Positions 1 through 7,836 of a stretch of DNA of 64,000 bases are shown here, piece by piece. Positions within the stretch are counted from its first letter, which is position 1, and each line of letters begins with the position of its first letter. The notes under the pieces were generated by a model. It did no database searches and was not told where the DNA came from. It worked only from the letters and a program-made list of their open reading frames with translations. A program made the translations under genes and the position numbers. Source of the stretch: an uncultured Rhizobium sp. (GTDB lineage Bacteria; Pseudomonadota; Alphaproteobacteria; Rickettsiales; UBA1997); contig CAYSUM010000001.1 in the NCBI GenBank assembly GCA_964434225.1, positions 36,488 through 100,487 on the forward strand. Direction: 5' to 3'.

Positions 1-190
1 TTGCGAGCGCAGCGCAAGAAACCCAGAGAGTAATTAAAATTGGGTTGCCGCGCTTAGCTCGCGAGTGACGGTGTTGAAAATTTTATACCAACCCAAAAAA
101 AGCTCCTTCAAATTTTATGAAGGAGCTTTTTTATTCCTAAATACGAAAGTCAGGAGCCACCACCACGCAAAACCTCAGCGTGTCGACACC
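1..190. repeat. Composite repeat A, copy 1: right part of a palindromic element, a hairpin terminator and a GAGCCACCACCAC box. Identical to 4160-4349
   Basis: 1-190 matches 4160-4349 base for base by eye (offset 4159). The window edge truncates the left arm. Confidence 0.85.
94..132. terminator. Bidirectional rho-independent-type hairpin inside repeat A copy 1
   Basis: A-run, AGCTCCTTCA, 7-nt loop, TGAAGGAGCT, T-run. The stem is 10 bp and perfect. Confidence 0.65.
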
Positions 191-300
191 ACTTTTATCG
201 ACGCAACTTCTGACGTCAGGAAATTTGTGCTTAAAATGTGGTTGCGGCGCACCATCTTTCAATAAGATTAGAATAACGGACTAAGATCGAGGAAAGCGGT

Positions 301-414
301 TGTTGGTTTAGTGCCAAAATAAAACATCAAACAAAGATCCGCAGAATTCATCCCCTTTTGCAGGAATTTATGAATATGCTACAGACGGAAAAATTGCTAA
401 AAATTCAGAATTAA
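301..414 (+). pseudogene. 3' remnant of a LysR-family regulator gene (diverged paralog of 6849-7790)
   Basis: The in-frame translation ...KIRRIHPLLQEFMNMLQTEKLLKIQN* aligns with the C-terminus ...KGKIANPLLQEFMNMLCTSKLLKAQMS* of the intact LysR. Stops lie upstream and there is no N-terminal part. Confidence 0.55.
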
Positions 415-494
415 TTTCAGCTTTACAGCACAAACTAGCGAGAGCCTTTTAGATTTAAGATGACTGGCTGAAAATCTAAGAATGATGTTTATGT

Positions 495-873
495 TTAGAT
501 CGAGATAATTTTCTTCAACAACTCCGCAGCTTCTTTTTTGGTTTTGTCGGCAGCTTTTGAGCCTAATTCTATAGCGGCTTCGAGGGTGATTTCGCTTTGG
601 GATTCGGTGGCGAAAACTTCGCTGCCGTCATTTGATAAAATCAGCGTTTTTAAATTTAATTTACCATTTTCTAAATCAGCGTGAACGCCGACAGGAGTTG
701 AGCAGGAAGCTCCAAGTTCGCGCAGAAAAGCACGTTCGGCTTTTACACAAATTTGGGTTTCGCGATTATTTATTTTGGCTAAAATTTCAGAAATTCTTTG
801 ATCATCTTTGCGACTTTGAATCGCCAAAGCTCCTTGTCCGCCGGCTGGCAACATAACATCTTTTTCAATCAGA
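495..873 (-). pseudogene. hemC: Truncated 3' copy of hemC (C-terminal ~119 codons only)
   Basis: 505-873 appears identical to 7844-8212. The translated fragment equals the C-terminal third of the 7837-8823 product and lacks the N-terminal two thirds. Confidence 0.85.
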
Positions 874-911
874 GTAAAATCAAAAAACTTCCCCGCGAAA
901 GAAAATTTGGT

Positions 912-1619
912 TTAATTTTCTAATTTTTTTATAGCGGCTTTTTTTACTTCTGGAGATGCAGCATAAAACTCTTTATCAATATGATTTTCGTTGATGAATT
1001 TCAATTTTGATTGAGGAGTTCTTAGATAAGATTCGTTCTTAATTTGCCCTACTGCCTCAACCATCAAATCGGCACACAGATGATTTATCCTTCGCAAAAG
1101 ATCGGTATAAGATTTGCAGGTTTTTATATCTATTTTTTCTCTCAAAATCACATCTCCAGTATCCACATTTTCATCTATAAAATGTATGCTACATCCTTGT
1201 GGCAGATCGTTGATTACAGCCCAAATGTAAGGGTTGTTCCCTTTTACATCAGGAAGATAGCCCGGATGGGAATTTATGACGCCAATTTTCGGAATATTCA
1301 TGATGTTCTTTTTTATAACCCTAGTGTCACCCAGAACAATCAAATCAACATTGCATCTTTTAAGAAATTCTTCGCATTCCTTATCATTGTGATTTTGTAC
1401 CAAAAATATCGGAACATTTAAATCTATCACGATATCCTGAGTTGTCGGAAAAACTTCTGAAGAATCTTTAAAGGCCGCGATTATCCCACTTCTATTTTTT
1501 TCTGCCAAAGAAGAATCTTCTTCAACAATCATAGAAGGGATAAATCCATTCTCGATCAGGCTTTTCAATATTATGTTACCGCGCGGATGATTCCGTAAGT
1601 TTAAATAAGCAAATCTCAT
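912..1619 (-). CDS. Formyltransferase-domain protein (Fmt/PurN-like N-terminal fold)
   Basis: Contains DLIVLGDTRVIKKNI...GVINSHPGYLPDVKGNNP...HFIDENVDTGDVI, which resembles the formyl_trans_N SHP/D catalytic region. The ATG at 1619 overlaps the upstream TGA as ATGA. Confidence 0.65.
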   Translation of the reverse strand: MRFAYLNLRNHPRGNIILKSLIENGFIPSMIVEEDSSLAEKNRSGIIAAFKDSSEVFPTTQDIVIDLNVPIFLVQNHNDKECEEFLKRCNVDLIVLGDTRVIKKNIMNIPKIGVINSHPGYLPDVKGNNPYIWAVINDLPQGCSIHFIDENVDTGDVILREKIDIKTCKSYTDLLRRINHLCADLMVEAVGQIKNESYLRTPQSKLKFINENHIDKEFYAASPEVKKAAIKKLEN

Positions 1620-3010
1620 ATAAATTTTATTGTTTTGTCGCACAGGCTTTTTTTGCGGCTATAAAGGAAATAAACTAGAAGACCAACCATTCCCCAGATT
1701 AAAAATATTTCTCCGGTTTTTAGTAAAATCGTGCCAATCAAATAGAGGCAGCTAATGATTGCTATTGGCGCAACTATAAAAACAGCTGGGCATTTGAATG
1801 GTCTATGTAGTTTTGGGTCGCGCAATCGCAAAATTAAAACACAAATCGCAACAATTGTGAAGGCAAGTAATGTGCCAAGACTGGTAATTCTTCCCATCGC
1901 GCTAATTGGAGTAAAGCCCGATATTGTAGCGACTAAACCAGCAACCAGTGCACAACTGACGTGGGGCGTGGAAAATTTCTTATGCATCTTTGAGAAAATT
2001 CCCGGAATTAAACCATCGCGCGACATCACAAAAAACATCCGTGATTGCGCGTACATCATTACAATCATCGCCGTAATCATGCCGACAATTGCTCCAGTTC
2101 CAACCAAAGCAGATCCGATGCTGCTGCCATTTTGCCTTAAGGCGTAAGCCATTGGCTCAGGATTATTAAGCTCTGAATAATTCGTGATTCCAGTTAAAGC
2201 CAAAGAAACTAAGACGTAAAGCAATGCACAAACAATAAGCGATCCAATGATTCCAATTGGCAAATCGCGATTAGGATTTTTTGTTTCTTCCGCCGCACCA
2301 GCAACAGAATCAAATCCGATATAAGCGAAAAAAATTGCCGCTGCGCCACTAATTACGCCATTCCAACCAAAAGGTAAAAATTCAGCATAATTTACAATTT
2401 TGATGTGAGGAGCCGCAACCAATAAAAAAATAAAAACTGTTAAAATTTTTACACCAACAAGAATTCGATTAACCACCACGCTTTCTTTAGTGCCACGAAA
2501 CAGCAAGAAGCCAACAAACAGAGCAATACAAGAAGCTGGTAAATTGACTAAACCTCCATCCATCGGAGCTTTGGTTAAATATTCGGGAATACGAATATCG
2601 GCAGCATTTAATATTCCAACAAAATATCCTGACCAGCCAGCGGCAACGGTTGAAGCGCAAAATGAATATTCTAAAATTAAACACCAAGCCACAATCCACG
2701 CCACAAACTCACCCATTATTATGTAAGAATATGTATAAGCACTTCCAGCGACCGGAATCATTGCAGCAAGCTCTGTGTAAGCCAAACCAGCAAACATACA
2801 AACTATCGCTGCCAATAAATATGAAATTGAAATACTGGGGCCAGCGTATTTTGCAGCAGCAATTCCGGTTAATACAAAAATTCCCGTGCCAATAGTGCAG
2901 CCTATTCCAAGCATCATCAAATCCAAAGCTCCCATGGTTTTTTTCAGAGAGTTTTTATTCGCATTCAAAATTGCATCATCAATGGATTTGGTTCTAAACA
3001 GTGATTTCAT
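1616..3010 (-). CDS. Amino acid permease (APC superfamily, cationic amino acid transporter-like)
   Basis: 464-aa polytopic protein. The N-terminal segment LDLMMLGIGCTIGTGIFVLTG is typical of APC permeases. Confidence 0.85.
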   Translation of the reverse strand: MKSLFRTKSIDDAILNANKNSLKKTMGALDLMMLGIGCTIGTGIFVLTGIAAAKYAGPSISISYLLAAIVCMFAGLAYTELAAMIPVAGSAYTYSYIIMGEFVAWIVAWCLILEYSFCASTVAAGWSGYFVGILNAADIRIPEYLTKAPMDGGLVNLPASCIALFVGFLLFRGTKESVVVNRILVGVKILTVFIFLLVAAPHIKIVNYAEFLPFGWNGVISGAAAIFFAYIGFDSVAGAAEETKNPNRDLPIGIIGSLIVCALLYVLVSLALTGITNYSELNNPEPMAYALRQNGSSIGSALVGTGAIVGMITAMIVMMYAQSRMFFVMSRDGLIPGIFSKMHKKFSTPHVSCALVAGLVATISGFTPISAMGRITSLGTLLAFTIVAICVLILRLRDPKLHRPFKCPAVFIVAPIAIISCLYLIGTILLKTGEIFLIWGMVGLLVYFLYSRKKSLCDKTIKFI

Positions 3011-3231
3011 GGGGTTAATAATGTATTTGAGTTCAAGACATGCTGTTTAGAATCGCTCTAGGAAGCATTTGGCAAAGCTTCGCTTCTCAAATTAAAGAAT
3101 CCACTTCGAGGCAATTAAATTTTTTTAAACCACAGTTGAAATCCATCAAGTACAACTCATTTGCTTGTTTATCACTAACGCATTCTTCTGAAAATCACAA
3201 AAAATTTTTCAACTAAATTTACGTTAAAAAG

Positions 3232-4101
3232 ATGAAGTCCATAGAACAAAAACATAAACCACATCTGAATTTTTTTCATCTGCCAAAATTTCTAACATCA
3301 AAGAAATTTTCTGTAGCTGAAGCGAATCTGGAATCTGATATTTTGGTAAATTTTAAAAATAAAAATTTTGCCGCCGCAAATCAAATTTTTTGCCAAGAAC
3401 AAAATTCTCGGGAGTTTCTGAATTCAATCATCCACGAACTTAAGAATCCGCTAAATGTTATTATCGGATTTTCGCAAATATTGCGTGACGAAGCTAATTA
3501 TAAAGTTTCGCCCCAAGAGCGCGCCGATTATTTGAAAGACATCAACGAATCCGCCAACGATTTAAACAATTTAATTCACGATCTTCTTGATGTCGGATCG
3601 GCGCTTTCAGGGAATTTTTCGGTTGATTTAAGTGCGGAAATTGATGTTAAAGATCTGATCAAAAGATCAATCAAACTCAATTATGATTATGCTTTAAGCG
3701 GAAGAATTAAGCTGGTTGGCGAAGTTGCTGAAGATTTAAATTTTATCAAACTTGATGCCAAAAGAATGAAGCAGATTTTGGCGAATTTGATCTCGAACTC
3801 GATCAAATATAGCCCTGAAAAAACTGAAATAAAAATCAGTGCTCAAAATATTTTGGAAAATGGCGCAAAATATTTGCAAATCATCGTTGCTGATCAGGGA
3901 TTTGGCATGACTCCAGATCAAGTGCAACTTGCCTTCCAAAAATATCAAACCATCAAAAATCCTAACTCAGGAAAAGTCGATTCATTTGGGCTTGGATTGC
4001 CAATCGTCAAGCAGCTGGTTGAGCTGCAAAACGGCACCATCGAAATCAAATCAGAATTAAATAAAGGGACAGAAATAAAATTAAAATTCCCACAGATGTA
4101 A
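3232..4101 (+). CDS. Soluble orphan sensor histidine kinase (HisKA + HATPase_c)
   Basis: H-box IIHELKNPLNVIIGFSQIL, N-box LANLISNSIKYS, and G-boxes DQGFGM and GLGLPIVKQLVE. There is no TM segment and no adjacent response regulator. Confidence 0.85.
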   Translation: MKSIEQKHKPHLNFFHLPKFLTSKKFSVAEANLESDILVNFKNKNFAAANQIFCQEQNSREFLNSIIHELKNPLNVIIGFSQILRDEANYKVSPQERADYLKDINESANDLNNLIHDLLDVGSALSGNFSVDLSAEIDVKDLIKRSIKLNYDYALSGRIKLVGEVAEDLNFIKLDAKRMKQILANLISNSIKYSPEKTEIKISAQNILENGAKYLQIIVADQGFGMTPDQVQLAFQKYQTIKNPNSGKVDSFGLGLPIVKQLVELQNGTIEIKSELNKGTEIKLKFPQM

Positions 4102-4154
4102 ACGAGCCACCACCACCCGCAAAACCGCTTGAGGCGTGTTAGCTAGTCCACATC

Positions 4155-4228
4155 GTCACTTGCGAGCGCAGCGCAAGAAACCCAGAGAGTAATTAAAATT
4201 GGGTTGCCGCGCTTAGCTCGCGAGTGAC
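4155..4228. repeat. RPE-like palindromic element, complete copy
   Basis: GTCACTTGCGAGCGCAGCGC...GCGCTTAGCTCGCGAGTGAC form inverted arms around an AT-rich centre. It is related to 10474-10546 and 23378-23447. Confidence 0.75.
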
Positions 4229-4349
4229 GGTGTTGAAAATTTTATACCAACCCAAAAAAAGCTCCTTCAAATTTTATGAAGGAGCTTTTTTATTCCTAAA
4301 TACGAAAGTCAGGAGCCACCACCACGCAAAACCTCAGCGTGTCGACACC
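4160..4349. repeat. Composite repeat A, copy 2
   Basis: Identical to 1-190. Confidence 0.85.
4253..4291 (+). terminator. Rho-independent-type terminator downstream of the histidine kinase gene
   Basis: Same 10-bp stem hairpin with a T-run as at 94-132. Confidence 0.65.
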
Positions 4350-4624
4350 CTATTCCCTCGTGAGAGGTCTTTTATTCGGGGCGACTCCCGACGTCGGAAA
4401 ATTTGTGCTTAAATTTATTTTTTGCAATCAATTTAGCAAATTCGGTGAGGAATAAAGCTATTTAAAAACATTTCTTAAAAAACTTATTTCTTCAAATAGT
4501 CATGCGAATCAATTAAAAATAACTCATTTGCTTATTACCATAAGCCACTCTGTACTAAATTTAGTGACCACTTTCCTCTTTTTAACTAAGGAATAGAAAT
4601 ACATATCAATTATAAAAAATATGA

Positions 4625-5530
4625 ATGCAGTCTAATCAAAAAATAAAAAATCTTATTCTATTTTTTTTGCTCGCTTGCTGCTGGGGACCTTCTTTTCTTT
4701 TTATAAAAATTGCCGTTCAAGACATCTCACCAATTGTTATAGCAAATCTGAGAGTGGCTTTGGGCGGAGCGATGCTTTACGTAATTTTGAGAATTAGAGG
4801 CGTAAATCTTCCCCCATTTGGTTTGCCTTGGAAGCATTTTGCAATTATGGGATTTTTTAGCTGCGCCCTTCCTTTTACACTATTTTCCATTGGTGAGCAA
4901 TATATCAACAGCTCTCTTGCTGCCATCTTAAATGGCACGACTCCTCTTTTTACTTTGATGATAGCTCATTTTTTTACTGAAAATGACCGCTTAACAAAGA
5001 CAAAAATCTATGGATCAATTATTGGGTTCTCTGGACTATTTGTCCTTGTTGCACCTTCATTATTTGAAGCAAAATCTACTACTTTTGGAATTTTTGCAGG
5101 AACCATCGCCGCGGCTTCGTACGGCGTAGGATTTGTTTATGCGAAGAAAAATATCAGTGGATTCAAACCTTTGGTAGTGCCAACCGCGCAACTTTTTTTA
5201 GCATCTTTATTTCTACTTCCATTCTCTTTGATGAACGGAGATTCATTTGAAATTGAAACAATTCCTCTAGAAGCGATCTCATCTATTCTTGGACTGGCGA
5301 CGTTGGGAACGGCAGCAGCTTTCGTAATTTACTACAAATTGCTGGACTACACAAGTGCCACCTACGTATCGGCAGTAAATTATGTGCTGCCGATTTTTGG
5401 AGTAGCGCTCGGAATATTAGTTCTCGATGAGTGCTTAACTTGGAATTCTTACCTTGGATCGATGATGATTTTGACTGGGGTTATGATCATCAACGGAGTT
5501 CTAACTTTTTCTAAGAAAGAGCCCGTTTAA
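4625..5530 (+). CDS. EamA/DMT-family transporter
   Basis: 301 aa with about 10 hydrophobic helices in two EamA-like halves. Confidence 0.8.
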   Translation: MQSNQKIKNLILFFLLACCWGPSFLFIKIAVQDISPIVIANLRVALGGAMLYVILRIRGVNLPPFGLPWKHFAIMGFFSCALPFTLFSIGEQYINSSLAAILNGTTPLFTLMIAHFFTENDRLTKTKIYGSIIGFSGLFVLVAPSLFEAKSTTFGIFAGTIAAASYGVGFVYAKKNISGFKPLVVPTAQLFLASLFLLPFSLMNGDSFEIETIPLEAISSILGLATLGTAAAFVIYYKLLDYTSATYVSAVNYVLPIFGVALGILVLDECLTWNSYLGSMMILTGVMIINGVLTFSKKEPV

Positions 5531-6728
5531 AAATTTCCAAGCCTCGGTCTAACTCTTCAACGGTAATAGTTAATGGCGGTATCATCTTAATCACAGATTT
5601 TGTAGGACCACACGTTTCAAATATTAAACCATTCTCAAAAGCCTTCTTCCTGATTCTTGCAGCATAATCAGAATCGCGAACATCAACTCCATAGATAAAA
5701 CCTATACCATAAAGAGATAAAAATCTTTCTTCTGTAATGCGCAGTAGCTTTTCTTTAAAAACGCATGAAAGAGTTTTGATTCTCTTCAAAAATTGTTCAT
5801 CTTGCCAATATTGCAGCAGAGCTTCATTAGCAGTTACGAACGCTAGATTTATCCCTCGAAATGTACCCGTATGCTCTCCAGCATCCCATATATCAAGGCG
5901 AGGCTTAATTAGAAGCAATGAAAGTGGAATTCCATATCCACTAATTGATTTTGATAAGCATACCATATCAGGATTTATGCCAGCCCTTTCAAAACTAAAG
6001 AATTCACCGGTCCTTCCAACCCCAACCTGAACATCATCGACAACCAATAAAATACCATGTTTATTGGCAAATTCCTGAGTACGTTGCAACCATTCAGCGC
6101 TAGCAACATTTATTCCACCTTCTGCCTGAACCGTTTCCATCACAATTGCTGCCGGATATTCTGACTCATTTAGCGTTTTAAGATATGACTGCAAAGCAAA
6201 ATTTGTATTAGAATTTTCCTTATAAAAAGGAAGTTCAACGCTGTAGCCAACAGGGATTCCTATTCTATTTTTTTTTGGAGTAATGGCCAAAGATCCCATG
6301 GACATTCCATGATATGAGTTCGAGAAATAAACCACATTTTTTCTGCCCGTATATTTTCTAGCCAGTTTCAGAGCAGCCTCAATTGTATCAGTTCCAGTAG
6401 GACCAGTAAACTGCATTTTATAATCTAAACCTCTTTTTTTCAAAATCAGATTTTGAAAATTATGCATCAGTTCGCTCTTGGCTTCTGTCATCATGTCAAG
6501 ACTATGCGTGACACCATCAGATTGTATGTAAGAGATTAACTTATCTTTTAATAAAGGATTGTTGTGACCGTAATTAAGAGCGCCCGCACCACTAAAAAAA
6601 TCTAGATAATCTTTTCCCGACGCATCAAATAAATAAGAACCTTTCGCCTTAGAAAATAGAGCTGGAAAGATTCTAGAATAATATCTGACATTCGATTCTG
6701 GCGTATCATTAATATCTTCGCTTAGCAT
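5511..6728 (-). CDS. Diaminobutyrate--2-oxoglutarate transaminase-like class III aminotransferase (EctB/Dat/PvdH group)
   Basis: Contains YYSRIFPALFSKAKGSYLFD, GAGALNYGHNNP, QFTGPTGTD, VMETVQAEGG, DDVQVGVGRTG and LSKSISGYG, and is collinear with DABA aminotransferases as I recall them. Confidence 0.75.
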   Translation of the reverse strand: MLSEDINDTPESNVRYYSRIFPALFSKAKGSYLFDASGKDYLDFFSGAGALNYGHNNPLLKDKLISYIQSDGVTHSLDMMTEAKSELMHNFQNLILKKRGLDYKMQFTGPTGTDTIEAALKLARKYTGRKNVVYFSNSYHGMSMGSLAITPKKNRIGIPVGYSVELPFYKENSNTNFALQSYLKTLNESEYPAAIVMETVQAEGGINVASAEWLQRTQEFANKHGILLVVDDVQVGVGRTGEFFSFERAGINPDMVCLSKSISGYGIPLSLLLIKPRLDIWDAGEHTGTFRGINLAFVTANEALLQYWQDEQFLKRIKTLSCVFKEKLLRITEERFLSLYGIGFIYGVDVRDSDYAARIRKKAFENGLIFETCGPTKSVIKMIPPLTITVEELDRGLEIFKRALS

Positions 6729-6848
6729 ATTTTTACCAAAATAAAACAGTTGTTAGATAGACTCTTTCGAAAAAGAGAAGTTAGTTGTCCTTGTCTAAGT
6801 TGTGAGTTTAGTTTTAATCAAACCATCTTTAATAAAACTTAACACCTC
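6729..6848. promoter_or_regulatory. Divergent control region between the aminotransferase and LysR genes
   Basis: This is the classic divergent LysR arrangement. A small inverted repeat CTCTTT-cgaa-AAAGAG lies at 6762-6777. Confidence 0.35.
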
Positions 6849-7790
6849 ATGGAACAGCTACCAAAACAGTTCTACTACAAGCGAAATCGCTTACAGCAAA
6901 TCAAGGGATTCTGCTACACCGTGCAAACTGGCAGCATGCTTAAATCTGCCGAAAAAATGGGACTTACACCATCAACAATTACCCTACAAATTCAATCTCT
7001 TGAGAGAGATTTAGGAGTTAAGTTATTTGCCCGAGATTTAAAGAAAATCAAATTAACTCCCGAAGGTAAACTGTTTTACGACTATTCCATTTCTTACGTT
7101 CAAGGAATGGAGAATCTATTCGAGAATTTTACAAAATTTGCAAATGATAAAAGATCCAATGTCATAAGCATTGGCGGCAATGTTAGTATTTGTTATATTT
7201 TACCAAGATTCATTCAGCATTTTGAAACGCTGCGCCCAGAAGTAAAATTTGAGATTAGAAATTTAGTTAAACAGGATGCAATAAGACGCGCAATAAATGA
7301 TGAGATAGACATCTTGGTTTATTCCATGACCAAAAAACACCTGCCCAGTGAATTGGATTTTTTTCCAGTCGTTGAATATCCTCCAATTTTACTAACCAAT
7401 AAAAATAATCCATTATCCACAAAGAAAAACATCACTTTGACAGATATAAAAGAGTACAAACTTTTAAGGCTAGATCCGCAGTTTATTACAGTGCCTAATT
7501 TTGATGAAGTCGTTAAGTGCCATGGCCTCGAAACCAAAATTGAATTCGAAATGGCGAATTATGAAATCTTAAAAAAATTTGTTAAAGCTGGCGTGGGAAT
7601 AGCGATAGTTTCAAGTATTTGTCTAGAAGATGAAAGTGATCAGGAATTAGTTGGAAGAGATTTATCGGATCACTTCCCAAGTCTGACTTACGGAATAATG
7701 ATCAAAAAAGGGAAAATTGCCAATCCTCTATTGCAAGAATTTATGAATATGCTTTGCACATCAAAATTATTGAAAGCTCAAATGAGTTAA
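6849..7790 (+). CDS. LysR-family transcriptional regulator
   Basis: N-terminal wHTH segment FCYTVQTGSMLKSAEKMGLTPSTITLQIQSLERDLGVKLF, followed by a substrate-binding-like C-terminal domain. Confidence 0.85.
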   Translation: MEQLPKQFYYKRNRLQQIKGFCYTVQTGSMLKSAEKMGLTPSTITLQIQSLERDLGVKLFARDLKKIKLTPEGKLFYDYSISYVQGMENLFENFTKFANDKRSNVISIGGNVSICYILPRFIQHFETLRPEVKFEIRNLVKQDAIRRAINDEIDILVYSMTKKHLPSELDFFPVVEYPPILLTNKNNPLSTKKNITLTDIKEYKLLRLDPQFITVPNFDEVVKCHGLETKIEFEMANYEILKKFVKAGVGIAIVSSICLEDESDQELVGRDLSDHFPSLTYGIMIKKGKIANPLLQEFMNMLCTSKLLKAQMS

Positions 7791-7836
7791 GAGTAAAAAA
7801 GAATTTGGTTTGGGTAAAATTTGGACGAGATCAATT

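Noticed and set aside
65-265. ORFs 65-265 and 4224-4412 (66 and 62 aa, identical N-terminal 42 residues), considered as a duplicated small protein gene.
   Set aside because: Both run straight through the palindromic element, the A-run/T-run terminator hairpin and the repeat tail. The amino-acid identity simply reflects the identical DNA repeat. The two diverge as soon as the DNA repeat ends, and there is no credible RBS or protein family.
4104-4125. The GAGCCACCACCAC boxes (also at 163-183 and 4313-4342), considered as a possible tRNA or tmRNA 3' end because of the ...CCACCA string.
   Set aside because: No T-arm (GGTTCGAATCC-like) or acceptor-stem complement precedes them, and no cloverleaf can be drawn. 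No tRNA, tmRNA, SRP RNA or rRNA signatures were seen anywhere in the window.
7413-7421. A perfect DnaA-box-like TTATCCACA, considered as a hint of a replication origin.
   Set aside because: It is a single occurrence inside the LysR coding sequence. There is no cluster of boxes and no adjacent AT-rich unwinding region or origin-linked genes.
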